Positions 15,700-31,926 of a DNA stretch of 64,000 nucleotides are shown in pieces. Under the pieces are notes generated by a model. That model saw only the letters and a list, made by a program, of their open reading frames with translations. It had not been told where the DNA came from and ran no database searches. Positions within the stretch are counted from its first letter, which is position 1. Every line of letters begins with the position of its first letter. Both the position numbers and the translations under genes were made by a program. Source of the stretch: Octopus vulgaris (lineage: Eukaryota); the NCBI GenBank assembly GCA_951406725.2, contig OX597835.1:30938001-31002000 (forward strand), in the 5' to 3' direction.

Positions 15700-16500
15700 T
15701 CGATTCTGTCTCTCTCTTTCACTTTATCTGTCTCTTTCTTTCTCCATCTGTCTCTCTCTCTCTCTCTGTCTCGTAATCTTTCCTCTCTTTATCTTTCTCC
15801 ATCTGTCTCTCTCTCCCTCTGTCTCGTAATCATTCTCTCTCTTTACCTTTTTTCCACCTGTCTCTCTCTGTCTTTTTCACCTCATTTGTCGCTTTCTCTC
15901 TCTATCTCATCTCTCTTTCTCTTCTTTCACTTGTATCCTACTCTCTCTCTCTCTCTCTTTCGTTATCTCTCTCTCTCGCTTTGTCTAATCTTGCACCTGT
16001 CTCTCTCCCTCTCGTTATCTCTTTCTTTGTCTCTTCTTCAAGCTCTCTCCCTCTCTCTAGCTATCACTCTTTCTTTGTCTCTTCTTCCACCTGCCTCTCT
16101 CCTTCTCGTTATCTCTCTCTTCGTCTCTTCTTCCAGCTCTTTCCCCCTCTCTCTCTCTCTCTCTAGCTATCACTCTCTCTTTGTCTCTTCTTCCATCTGT
16201 CTCTCTCTATCGTTATCTCTCTTTGTCTCTTCTTCCATCTATCTCTCTCTCTCTCTGGTTATCTCGCTCTCGCTATCTCTCTCACTCTTTGTCTCTTCAT
16301 TCATCTATCCCTACCTCACTCCTTCTTTCTCTATCTCTCAACACTTTGTTCTTCCACCTCTCTCTCATCCCCTTTCCTTCTCTTTTCCTACGCTACTCTT
16401 CCTCCCTCCGTCACTTTAATTCTATTATTCCCCAAGTGTCTCTCGAATTCCCTCTCTCTTTATATCTGAGTTTCTTTTTCTCTCTCTTTCTCTCTTTCTC
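15700..16500. repeat. CT-rich tract with recurring ~40-50 bp subunit
   Basis: ttgtctcttcttcca...ctcgttatctct recurs at 15960-16310. Confidence 0.8.
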
Positions 16501-16793
16501 ATGTCGTCTTTCTTATATTCCCAGTCTCTTATTATTTATTTATCTATATTTGTATTTTATTTTTATGTTCTCCATTATTTTTTTTCCACATGCTGGTTGT
16601 TGTTGACGTTGCCGTTGCTGATGTATGTTTCATTGCCAGGAAAGAAAAAAAGAGTAATAATAATGATAATAATAAAACAACCGCACCAACATCGGTAAAC
16701 AAAAATAAATTTAAAAAATATAAGAATAATAATAATAAGAAGAAGAATCGCTAAAACAAAACAATAACGATAGCAGTAAACAAAGGTAAATAA

Positions 16794-16841
<48 letters not shown>

Positions 16842-16879
16842 GATAAATAATAATAACAACAATAATAATGATAAAAATG

Positions 16880-16922
<43 letters not shown>

Positions 16923-16936
16923 CAACAATAATAATA

Positions 16937-17019
<83 letters not shown>

Positions 17020-17528
17020 CATTACTAACAAGTACAAGAACATATATATTAGAAAAACACATAAGGAAAACAAAAGGAAAACAGACAAAAAAATTCCCAG
17101 AAACAGCGGCAGAGATGAGTAGATGAGGTTTGCAGAGAAAAAAAGAGTTTTTCTTATGCAAAAGTAGTAAAGAAATGCATTGCTTGTCAATTTGCATTCG
17201 TTTCCTGTAGATTAGCTCTTTTGTGACGACAAATCGAAAGGTAGATTAGTGTGGTATATATACATACGATTTTATTATCTCTAGCGCCCCGTTTACCCTC
17301 ATCTAATTCTCTCCCATTCGCATTCATACTCTTCTTCTTCTTCACCTTCTTTACTTTTCGCTTCGCTCTCTACACCCCTAGCATTAATACTCTCCTACAC
17401 TATCACTCTATATCTGGATCTATGTATCTAGATGCACGAACGAATTTTTTGACCCTGCTTTTTGTGGGAGTGTGTGTGTGTGTGTGTGCGTGAGTGTGTG
17501 TGTGCGTATGTGTGTGTCTGTGTGTGAG

Positions 17529-17579
<51 letters not shown>

Positions 17580-17666
17580 GTAATTTGTATTTTTGTATTT
17601 TTTCCTTTGTCAAAGGTTGCGCAAAATGTTTTTTCATAGTTTATATATATGTATGTATATATACAC

Positions 17667-17785
<119 letters not shown>

Positions 17786-18059
17786 CATATACATATACAT
17801 ATATATAATTATATTTATATACACACGTACATACATATATATATATATATATACGTGTGTGTGTGTGTATCTATATATATAAAGAGGAAAAACAGCAAAG
17901 TGCATATACATATATACGCTTATGCATATACAGACATCTATGCATAAGTAAATAATTACATACAGAGCCAACCATAAAATAAACATATATATATATCTTA
18001 CCATATGTGTATATATGATTTTCACTTACCCAGTTTCTCTATCTATCTATCTATCTATG

Positions 18060-18107
<48 letters not shown>

Positions 18108-18639
18108 ACACTTTCTCTTTCTCGCTCTCTCCCCTATATATTTATATATGAACAAATATATATATATATAGGCGTATGTAAGTATGCATGTATATATGTG
18201 TGTTGGTATGGCTGTATGTATGTACGTATGTATGCATACATCTATGTATGCATGTATGGATGTACGTATGTTTGTATGTATATATGTATGTATGAATGCA
18301 TGCATCTACGTGAGGATGTAAGTAATATAAGTATATATGTATGTTTCTATATAAGCATGCATGTATATGTATGTCGGCATGTAAGTGTATATACATATAT
18401 GTGAGTGTATACACTTGGCTATATATTCGCATATATGTAATAATGTGTATATATGCTCACATATGTCTCGAATTTTTTGCTCTATACGCTTTATATTTCC
18501 ACGGTATTTATGGAAATTGTTCAATTTCTGTATGGTTGCATATTTTTAGAGTAGAAATATTTTATACATTTCTATGGCGCAATGCATAAATATGTATATT
18601 TATATATATATATATATATAAATATGTATGTATATATAC

Positions 18640-18719
<80 letters not shown>

Positions 18720-18811
18720 GAATATATATCATATCAATCTGTATATGTATAGGTCTATAGATCTATATGTACAATACATATATATGTGTGTATATATATG
18801 TATATAGATAT

Positions 18812-18860
<49 letters not shown>

Positions 18861-19030
18861 TATATATTATGTATGGATGGATGTATGTATATCTTCTTAG
18901 ATATAGTTCATGATACGGGTAAAAGTAAATAGGCAGGCAATAAATCAACGAAAGCGTTTATAAGCCTGTTATACATGTACGCACATACAAACATCGCGAG
19001 TATAATTAGACATATCCATACACATTACGC

Positions 19031-19081
<51 letters not shown>

Positions 19082-19510
19082 GTATATGTATCTGAATACA
19101 CACATATACATAGATATGTATACATACATGTATATTTGCATATTCATATTTAGAGATGTGCGCATACACATAGGTGAAGAAATAAAAATGTGTATGTTTA
19201 ATGTATGACTAACGTATCTATGAATATGTGTATATGCAATAAACCTTCAATCGCAGACATGAACGCATACACACACATACACACTCACTCACTATCTCTC
19301 TCTGGCTCTTTCGTTCTCTCTCTCTCTCTCTCTCTCCAAAACATGTCGAATCGTCTTTCTATATGTATGTGTGTGTATATTAATGTGTTTTTTAAATATG
19401 TATGAAAATATGTATGCTATAAATCACTATCCACACGTGTGTGTGTATTTTACTTCTATATGTATATGTGCATGTATGTATATATATATATACATGCATA
19501 TATATGTATG

Positions 19511-19543
<33 letters not shown>

Positions 19544-19738
19544 ATATATATGTGCGTCTATATATATATACATATCTATATATATATATACATACATGCA
19601 TATATCTATATCTATATATACATGTACATATATATAAATGTACATATATATAAATATATATATATAAACATATATATATATGTATATATGTATATATGTT
19701 TATATATATATACATATATATATGTATATATATACACG

Positions 19739-19776
<38 letters not shown>

Positions 19777-19845
19777 CACATATGCATATATATTTATTAC
19801 CATATGTCTATATCAATGAATACACACACACACACACACACACCG

Positions 19846-19934
<89 letters not shown>

Positions 19935-20222
19935 TATACACCCATGTACATACGTACATGTACAGTTATGCATTCGAATGAACCGGAATATATACAATTG
20001 GTTAAACTTATATCAATATGTATGCAAAGGGGGTATGCTAAAAGTAAAGAGAAGTATTAATATTTAGTTTTATGGTAGATGTACTCTGATTGGGAATCAT
20101 GGTTGATTGGAATAAGATTAAAACAGCCATTTACCAATATTCCTTCATAATTATGTATATACATGTATATAAACGCGAGCATACACAACATACTATCACG
20201 CATATATCTATATAAGCATTTC

Positions 20223-20254
<32 letters not shown>

Positions 20255-20590
20255 CAGATAAATATTCCTATGTATACACATATATTTACGTATACGTATA
20301 CTCGCATACACACACAAACACGCACACACACACACACACACACAGTCACTCACATTTGTGTATGTATAATACATATCTATACGTATTATATAGAGAAATA
20401 CAAGCATGCACATACAGAAACACATGTATCTATGCATATAAGTGCATGTGTGTGCGCATGTATGTATATATATATATATATATATCAATATATATTGGAT
20501 AGAATAGGAGAAAGATTAAAATGTGTACTCAACGAATAACCATTTATGTATATACATATTATATATATATGTGTGTGTGTGTGTGTATAA

Positions 20591-20629
<39 letters not shown>

Positions 20630-20642
20630 CTTATATACATAT

Positions 20643-20722
<80 letters not shown>

Positions 20723-21106
20723 AGAGAGAGAGAGAGAGAAGACATAGGAGAGAAATGGAGAGAGGGTGAGACAGAGAAGGAGAGAAAGAGAGAGATGGGG
20801 AGACAAAGAAATAGAGAAAGAGGGATAGAGAGACAGTGAAGGAGAGAAAGAGCGAGACAGGAAAAGAAGAGAGAAGGAAAGAGAGGAAGAGAAAGGGAGG
20901 GAGGGAATGATATCAACATGGTGTATGTGACAACATTAGTATCCACATATTCCAGAAAAAAACATACGCACACAACCAGCACCGCATACACAATCGTTAT
21001 CACACACTTCATGTTTTTCTATGCCGAGACTCAAGAGTATGATACATATATCCCATTGAGATTCTCTTTCCCTGTCTTTATCTCTCTATCCCGCATTCTC
21101 TCTCTC

Positions 21107-21144
<38 letters not shown>

Positions 21145-21161
21145 CATACATATATACATAC

Positions 21162-21225
<64 letters not shown>

Positions 21226-21244
21226 TATACGTATACATATATAA

Positions 21245-21313
<69 letters not shown>

Positions 21314-21511
21314 GATAGGTAGGTTAATTGCTTAATGCATATACTTATATACACATATGTGTGATTAAAGAATTTACGAATATATATATATATGATCACA
21401 TTTCCCTAACAGACACAGGTACAACGTGAACGCATATAGGCATGTTTATATAAAAGTATATATACAGCTGTATGAAAATAGATATATATATATAACTATG
21501 TATATATGTGC

Positions 21512-21545
<34 letters not shown>

Positions 21546-21565
21546 ATATATACATATATACACAC

Positions 21566-21606
<41 letters not shown>

Positions 21607-21634
21607 ATATGTATATGTATATATATACACACAC

Positions 21635-21675
<41 letters not shown>

Positions 21676-22180
21676 TATATACATAGTTATATATATATAT
21701 CTATTTTCACACACACACATATATCTTTCTCTCCTTGTCTCTCTCACTCTCTCTCTATCCCTTTCTCTTTCTCGGTCTTTCTCTATTGTTTATACAAGTA
21801 CCGGCATCGCCGAGCCTCCGAGTGTTCACACAAACTGCTAGAAGTAACAGGTATACTTCATTCATAATCACGCACCACCACATTGTGTTACATGGAAAGA
21901 CACGATATACAAGGTAATCCATCATCGATAGTGCGTAGTGATGATAAGCGGTGATAGTGGCGGGGAACCTGCACACTGTTGGATGTTGGCGGTTTACGGA
22001 ATGCCTGACAACGACAACAACTGCAGCAACAGCAACAACAACGGCAAATGACAACAGCGATAACCATAATATAAACAATAGTTACAACAAAGGCAACAAC
22101 AAAAGCAATGGTACCTATTGCTTATCATATCACTATCCGGAAGTCAGCTATTTTACACAAGTTATATATAGTTTTTTTTT

Positions 22181-22576
22181 CTTTCTTCACTACTCTAAGC
22201 ACATGCCCCAAACTTTTGGAGGACGGGACCAGTTGATTAGATCTATTCCAGTACAGAACTGATACTTTATTGACCCCGAAAATGTGAAAGGCAAAGTCGA
22301 CATCGGTGGAATTCGAACCCAGAACGTAAAGACAGACAAAATACCTATTTCTTTACTACCCACAAGGGGCTAAACACGGAAGGGACAAACAAGGACAGAC
22401 AAACGGATTAAGTCCATTATATCGATCCCAATGGATAACTGGTACTTATCTAATCGACCCCGAAAGGATGAAAGCAAAGTCGACCTCGGCGGAATTTGAA
22501 CTCAGAACGTAGCGGCAGGCAAAATACCCCTAAACGTTTCGCCCGACGTGCTAACGTTTCTGCCAGTTCGCCACCT
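22181..22576 (-). mobile_element. tRNA-derived SINE family A, head-to-tail dimer
   Basis: B-box gagttcaaattcc and central cctttcatcctttcggggtcgat box, present twice. Confidence 0.85.
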
Positions 22577-22626
22577 TACACACGTTATATAGAGCAACAT
22601 ATATACATAGCAACATACGCACCAAC

Positions 22627-22721
<95 letters not shown>

Positions 22722-22729
22722 ATATATGT

Positions 22730-22814
<85 letters not shown>

Positions 22815-22844
22815 AGATAACATATATATATATATATGTATGTA

Positions 22845-23048
22845 TTTGTGTGTCTGTATCTGTTCCCCCACCATCGCTTGACAACCGATGGTGGTGTGTT
22901 TACGTCCCCGTAAATTAGCGGGTCGGTTTAAGACAACGATAGAATAAGTACGTTTCTTACAAAGAATAAGTCCCGGGATCGATTTGTTAGGCTAAAAAGT
23001 CAATACTCCAGCATGGCTGCTGTCAAATGACTGAAACAAATAAAATAA
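22845..23048 (+). mobile_element. SINE family B 3' part
   Basis: accatcgcttgacaaccgatg...ctccagcatggctgctgtcaaatgactgaaac; matches the copies at 33330 and 47100. Confidence 0.8.
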
Positions 23049-23473
23049 TACAAATATACATACATATGTACATACAAGCGTGAGTATATATGCAAGTGTA
23101 TATAACATGCAAAAAAAAGAGTAAAAACAGGAGAAAGATTAAAATCCCATATGTGGTTCGAACGACGATCACAACAGTAAAATTCAAAACACTTAACTAA
23201 CACCTCAATGGAACATTTCAAATCTCGACCTGGAAAATAATTAGACTTAATGAAATTAAGCAACAGCAATAATATAATAAAAAAATGTTAATTTAAAAGC
23301 GGTTATATACGTGGATAAATATGAATATATACGTATATATATATACATATACACATATATACATATATATATATATACATATACACATTTATATATATTT
23401 ATACATCTATATATATATGTGTATATGTATATATATATATATGTATATATGTGTATATGTATATATATATATG

Positions 23474-23518
<45 letters not shown>

Positions 23519-23564
23519 GTATATATATATATGTGTATGTGTGTGTGTATGTGCATGTGTGTGA

Positions 23565-23595
<31 letters not shown>

Positions 23596-24062
23596 ATAGT
23601 AAATTACATGTGAAATGATATATATATGTAAGCATGTCTGTATGCATTCATATAAGTACGCATGACTGCATTTCCGTAGGCTGACAGACAGGCAGACAGG
23701 CAGACAGACGGACAAGGGGAGATGGGGAGAATGGCGCGCGCGCACGCACTCACACATACACGCGCGCACACACCCACACGTAGGGACCTCAGCTTTGATT
23801 TAGGAGGTTGCTTACTTGTACTTGAAAATTGTAAATTTCTGCATATCCTACCTTCCATATGTTTAATTTCACGACATTCATGTAACATTAGGAAATAGGC
23901 TCTGAGTTACGGAATTTTCCGTTCTGTGTGACTGCCATTATGTAAGTATGTATGTATGTATGTATGTATGTATGTATGTATGTATGTATACATGCATGTA
24001 TATATGTATAAGTGTAAGTATGAGTGCCTGTGTATATTTGTACATGTGTGTGTACAGAGAAA

Positions 24063-24105
<43 letters not shown>

Positions 24106-24301
24106 AGAGAGAGAGGCACGTCTATATCCTATAGATTTCGAATCTATAGATAGAGAAGTAAAAAACATATATATTATATATGTATTAACATCATATAGGC
24201 AACTATATATATGCATATATACATATACATACATATATATATATACATATATATATATATATTGTATATATATATATATATGTATTTGCCTACCTGTCTA
24301 C

Positions 24302-24338
<37 letters not shown>

Positions 24339-24443
24339 AATCAATCAATCAATCTATCTATCTATATGTCTCCATATATATACACATACGCATATGTATA
24401 TGTATATATATATATGTACATGCACACACACACACACACACAT

Positions 24444-24480
<37 letters not shown>

Positions 24481-24958
24481 CATACACATATATACATACA
24501 CATATATAGTTGTCATTATGTTTATTTCAGTAACAGATACATGAGCATTTCTCTGCAAATGGTTCTGTATGTCATACTACTTAGATCGATTCCGGAACGT
24601 TTGAATCTTTATTTTTAGTCACAGGTTTGGAAACGTATGTAGCCAAACATATATACAGTTATACATTCACACACACGCGCGCACACATATACACACATAC
24701 ACAAAAACATACACACACACACACAGAGTAAGGCACAGACAAATACTTGCATATCTGCAACCAGAAATAATGACATATTAACATACAATATTATCATGTC
24801 TATTTCTATGTGTGTGTGTGTATATATATATATATATGGGTAGCAATACGGATACATACACACAAGCACACAGACGTATATATACACAGATATATATGTA
24901 TATTAACAAATACTATGATATATACATATATATCTATCTATATATGTATATATATATG

Positions 24959-25048
<90 letters not shown>

Positions 25049-25086
25049 CATATAGATACATATATAGATAGATAGATATATGTATA

Positions 25087-25125
<39 letters not shown>

Positions 25126-25256
25126 ATGCATGTACATATATACGTATATATATATGTCCAAATGTATATATATATATAATAATAATATTATTTATATATA
25201 TATATATATTATATACTTGCATATAGTCTTCCACTTTCGTGTCTGTGTCTACTCGG

Positions 25257-25313
<57 letters not shown>

Positions 25314-26227
25314 CGTGTTTCTTGTGCGTCGAAACAGATTTATGCGTGTGTTTACACGAACATACTGTACAGAAATTCGCTTCTTTTCCCTCTACATGAA
25401 TGTATATATGTGTATGTGTATTTGTGTCTTCGTATCTGTATCTATACATGCATATGTGTGTGCATGTGTATATATGCATATGTGTGTGTATGTATATATT
25501 TGTATGCATATTTTGACATGCATATATATATATATATATATATACATATATACTTATATATTTGATAGATATATCTATATACTTATATACATATACATAT
25601 ATGTATATATAGAGAGGGAGAAAGAGAGAGAGAGAGTGGGAGAAAGATACATATATACATATATACATGTTTATATGCGTAGATACACACATACCTACAA
25701 CAATACCAATCGGATTAGCCTTACTATATCTCTGTAAAGAAAAAATATATATATAAAATAAATATATATACAGACATACGACAAAGGAAAAAATTCCTTG
25801 AAAATATTAGCATAAAAACAAAAAAAAATCAAAGAAGAAATAGCATAAAAAACGTAAAGATATATATATAGAAAAAAGATATAAATAATTTCCAAAAATG
25901 ATAATACAAATATGTAGACAAAGACAAGATGAAAAAATTTGAAACAAAAACTACACTAAATCAATCAGAACTTCTCAAAGCAATGAAAGCCAAGAGCGAA
26001 CGATGCATAGATATATATTCCTGCCCTATCTACACCAGAGCTCGAAGAATTTATCACACACGAACACATATAGACAGAAAGTTACGCACAAAGAAGCATA
26101 GAGTCGAACGGAGAAAACGATGGCATATGCGCGCATACACAGAAGTACACTCCTAGACAGGTATTCGCTCAGATACACGTATAAACATATATATCTGAAT
26201 GTAGATGCTATTCTATATGTATGTATG

Positions 26228-26304
<77 letters not shown>

Positions 26305-26581
26305 TATATATACTTACATGTATATATATATGTACATCTATATCTCTCTCTATATATATACACATATATTTACATTTATTTCTGTATGTATATATATACA
26401 TATACGTGTACATATATACATACATACTGATATATACGTATATACATATATGTATGTATATATGCCTACGTACATATATATATATATATGTTTACATATA
26501 TATACATAAATATATATATACGTATGTATATATATATATATATACCTACATATCTACATACACGTATGTATATATATATGT

Positions 26582-26663
<82 letters not shown>

Positions 26664-27018
26664 GTAAGAAATACAGATGTACACAAGCAATGTATATGTA
26701 CGTATATCTACATATACATATACATATCTATATATTAATAAACACCCACCCACACATACTCACACACATTTATGTATATACGTATAAATGTATAGATATG
26801 TGGTTTGATGTACATATGTGCACGTAGACATATTCTGTAACATGTATCTACACTTGTATTTTTCCTGAGTATATAGATATACATTTAGGTACATTTGAAT
26901 ATATACCTGTGTGCTGGTATGTCAGTGTACATGTGTATATATACATATGTAAGACTATATATCAACGTGTATACATATACATATATGCATGTACACACCC
27001 ACCCACCCACACACACAC

Positions 27019-27051
<33 letters not shown>

Positions 27052-27167
27052 TATTTATATATATATATATTATATATATATATGCATATATGATTACATA
27101 TATGCACATATATATTGTAAATATATATATATGCGTATATAAAAATATGCATATATATGTGTATATT

Positions 27168-27214
<47 letters not shown>

Positions 27215-27941
27215 GTATATATGTGCATATATATATGTGTATATGTATATATATATTTATATATGTATTTTTATATATTCAAACATGCATATACATATAC
27301 AGTCATAACGCTATACCCATGCACAGAGTGATATAACTCGTCGTTTCGAATTTGTGGAGGATTTACAGTGTGCCACCATATGTATGCATCTATATAAATG
27401 AACACACGAAGTCACTCTCAAATATATTTATACATCATCTATATATCTAACACTAACATAACTAAACATTCTCCAATCCATAAAGTTTATAATAGACGAC
27501 TCTAAACTGCTTCTATATTCGACATACTTGCCTCTATATCTATATCTAAGTCAATATCTATATCTATATCTATCTATATATCTATATGTATATATGCGGC
27601 TCTATTTGTGTATGTATGTATGAATGTGTATATGTATGTATGTATGTGTGTATGTATCTATCTATCTATCAATGAAACTGTCTATATATTTATCTATTAA
27701 TCTCTCTATCATTATCTTTATATATATATGTAAGTATATATTTCTATATATGTACATATATATCAGTGTGTGTGTGTTGTGTGTGTTTGTGTGACCGTGT
27801 GTGTGTGTGTGTATGTTTTAGAATGGCACGTACTAAAAAACACATCCAGCAGTATTAGCCCAAACATAATATAGGTATATTTGTACACAAACATACAAAT
27901 ACACACACGCACACACACATACACACACACACACACACACA

Positions 27942-27990
<49 letters not shown>

Positions 27991-28070
27991 GTTTTTGTGT
28001 GTGTCTGAATTGATATTTATATGTATATATGTATACTGATGTATATAGGTAAATATATAAATATATATAC

Positions 28071-28134
<64 letters not shown>

Positions 28135-28158
28135 GTGTATGTCTGTATGTATATATAT

Positions 28159-28217
<59 letters not shown>

Positions 28218-28424
28218 CCACTGAATATATACACAATTACACTAATTTATACATTCATACAATAGATATTTTAGTCTACTTACTTTTATATCACCCTTCA
28301 ACATACCTTAACATAGTTGCACTTTCTACATTTCATTATATATCCATCCATACAAACATACATACATGCATGCATACATGCATACATACATACATACATA
28401 TATAAAGACATACATACATACATG

Positions 28425-28490
<66 letters not shown>

Positions 28491-28493
<3 letters not shown>

Positions 28494-28616
28494 CCCGGGT
28501 TGATTCGGGGTTAACCACAGTAAGTAAGGTACTCAATACATAGCAGAGTAAAATTAATTTATTATATAGAAGGAGCTTCTACAGTACTAGTCCTGTAGAA
28601 GCTCCTTCTATATAAT

Positions 28617-28625
<9 letters not shown>
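28491..28625. mobile_element. Short fold-back copy of the 55.1-55.85 kb element
   Basis: Same left end as 55127; perfect 31-bp arms (28554-28584 / 28593-28623) around loop tactagtc; in (TA)n. Confidence 0.85.
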
Positions 28626-28648
<23 letters not shown>

Positions 28649-28794
28649 AGTTCTAAGTGACATGAAAGCAAAGACAAATCTATATAAAAGTCTGTTCAAA
28701 TTTATACACAAATGCAAATGAATGCATATATTTATAAGTGTATTTTTGTGCATATAGATTTTTCGATATATAGAAAAGTAACTTCATATATAAC

Positions 28795-28859
<65 letters not shown>

Positions 28860-29156
28860 CTATACACGCACACGCCAATATATATACATATATGTACATA
28901 TAAACCCATATGTAGATATATGTATATCCATTTGTATATAAGATATGTGTGTGTTTATTTGTGTATACATGCATAAGCATGTATGTATGTATGTATGTAT
29001 GTGTATATATATACACATATAAATGCACACATATTTCTGCATATATATATATACATCCACCCATCAAAACATTCATTCATACCTGCATACACACACACAT
29101 ACACACACACACACATACGTATATATATATATAAATATGTGTGTGTACATATATAT

Positions 29157-29566
29157 ATTTCTTGCCCACAGGGAACTAAACTCTGAGGGGACAAACAAAG
29201 ACAGACAACGGGATTAAGTTAATAAAATCGACCCCGTTCTTAACTGATACTTATTTAATCGACCCCAAAAGGATGAAAAGGAAAGTCCTCCTCGGCGGAG
29301 CTGAACTCAGAACGTAACGGCAGATGAAATACCTATTTCTTTACTACCCAGAAGGGGCTAAACTCAGAGAACTCAAACAAGGACAGACAAACGGATTAAA
29401 TCGATTACATCGAGCCCAGTGCGTAACTGATACTTATTTAATCGACTCCGAAAGGATGAAAGGCAAAGTCGACCTGGGAGGAAATTTGAACTCAGAACGT
29501 AACGGCAGACGAAATACCGTTAAGCATTTCGCACCGCGTGCTAACATTTCTGGCAGCTCCCCACCA
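29157..29566 (-). mobile_element. SINE family A, head-to-tail dimer
   Basis: Same layout and junction (gaaatacctatttcttt) as 22181-22576. Confidence 0.85.
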
Positions 29567-29577
29567 CACACACAAAA

Positions 29578-29626
<49 letters not shown>

Positions 29627-30149
29627 TACACACACAAACTTATGCACTTACATAGGTAGATAATGCTCTGCCTATCTTATCTCAATTTTGGAAATATAAC
29701 TTTTGAAATTATATATTTAATGCAATAATTATAATTATTGCATTAAATTATAATTTAATGTCCTGTGAATTTTGAAACACTGTAAAACTGCCCAACATAA
29801 AGCCTATTTTCTACACATCAATCTATAGTCACCTCAGTTTCTATGATGCGTTCGACATTCACTATTGATTATTGATTACTACAATTATTATTATTATCAT
29901 AATTATTAGTTGTTGTTTTTTTTTGTTGCTATTGTTAGTTGGGTTTTTTGTGTGGAAAATGTGGCAGATAACGACATCATGATTAGGTACTTTCTGCTCA
30001 TCACCTACGAGTGTATGTATGTATGTATGTATGTATGTATGTATGTATGTATGTATGTATGTATGTATGTGTATATGCATGTAATGATGTATGTATCAAT
30101 CTATCTATGCATCAATACACATACACACACACACATATACATATATCAC

Positions 30150-30305
30150 TGCAAGGAACGGAAATGAGGGCAACAGTGTTGAATTCCCTCTTTTTCCAAA
30201 AACCAGTCGCATAAGAATCGGCATTGAAGAATCGGCATTGGAATCGGCATTGGAATTGTTCCAGCATGGCCACAACCTTTGGGCTAAAATGTAGAAAAGA
30301 ATTAA
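30150..30305 (+). mobile_element. 3' tip of a CR1-clade LINE related to 48936-50432
   Basis: QGTEMRATVLNSLFFQ aligns to QEVQMRTAASNSLMHQ; followed by ccagcatggccaca tail; internal gaatcggcattg x3. Confidence 0.6.
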
Positions 30306-30311
30306 AGAATA

Positions 30312-31258
30312 TATCAGGTCATCCTATAAGTTCTGTTCGATTTTACCTTTTTTGAAATTGAATGAAAGTTAATAGTATTTTAGAATGTCTAATGGAATTA
30401 AAAATTATTTTTATGTTTTTGTGTACATTTAAACTAATTAAATACTATTTTACAAAATTTCTTTGATTAAAACCCTTTCTAACAATGAATTATCCAAAGA
30501 ACATTTTCGGCACATAATACTTTATAAGTACAAAAAAGGAAACTCTGCAGCCGAAGCGACTCGAAACATACACTCAGTTTATGGGAAAGAATGATTGAAT
30601 GAAAGAACTTGTAGAAGATGGCTTGCAACATTCAGAAGTTGAGATTTCAGTCTTGAAGATGAAAATCGAACAGGACATCCAGTTGAGTTTGATGATAAAC
30701 TCCTTAAGGCATTACTTGACGAAAATCCTGCATTATCAGTCGAAGAATTGGCAATAAATCTTAGTTCAAACCGTGCAACTGTTCATCGTCATCTTCAACA
30801 ATTTGGAAAGGTTCCTAAACTTGGAAAATGGGTGCCTCATGAATTATCCGAAAGCAACCTCAAATCCCGAGTTGACGTCTGCTCTTCTTTCCATTCTCGC
30901 GAACTCATTTTACCCTTTTTGGAAAGACTTGTGACTGGTAACGAAAAATGGAAATTCTTGGGAAAAAGGATCTTCTCTCTATCAGGTGGGATTGCAAAGG
31001 AGTAATTCATTTTGAATTGTTACCACCTACTGTCAGCAATTAGAACGTTTGAACCAAGTTTGAAGAAAAAAATGACCCGCTTTAGTAAATCGAAAAGGAC
31101 AATGCGTGACCCCACACTGCGAAGACCACATCACAGAATATTGAAGAGCATGGTTGGGAAAAAATTCCTCATCCACCTTATTCTCCCGACCTTGCTCTTC
31201 AGACGATCATTTGTTTCGTAGTTTACAGAATCATTTGGGGGACATAACTTTCGCATAT
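30312..31258 (+). mobile_element. Mariner (Tc1/mariner) transposon relic with disrupted transposase
   Basis: KEHFRHIILY..KKGNSAAEATRNI HTH region, WVPHEL, LVTGNEKW and HPPYSPDLA motifs; stops and deletions; right TIR not seen. Confidence 0.92.
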
Positions 31259-31263
31259 ATTTA

Positions 31264-31346
<83 letters not shown>

Positions 31347-31377
31347 CATATATATATATACATATATATACATATAC

Positions 31378-31417
<40 letters not shown>

Positions 31418-31574
31418 CGGACAATGAAGAAAATGGAATTTGAATAGATGGAAAAAATTTGATATTAAATTTCATACATAGAAATTCCTCCCTAAAGCTG
31501 TTTCCATACACATATGTGTATGAATGTGTGTCTGCTTGTGGTGGTGGGATGTGTTTATATATACACATATCTAT

Positions 31575-31627
<53 letters not shown>

Positions 31628-31841
31628 CATCAGTCTATCTTATGTCTGTCTCTCTGACTGTCTATATATATATATATATATCACAAGTGTGATAGAGCAC
31701 TCACTGTGATTGAAAAATGAATAGATAGGTCGACTACCAGGCAGACAATCTTACAGACAGATAGATAGGCAGACGACAGACAGATAGATAGTTAGGTAGA
31801 TAGATAGGCAGGAAGAGAGATTGATAGATAAGCAGAAAGTT

Positions 31842-31887
<46 letters not shown>

Positions 31888-31926
31888 TGTCAAGCAAAAA
31901 AAGGAGATGTGGAACACGAGTTGTGA

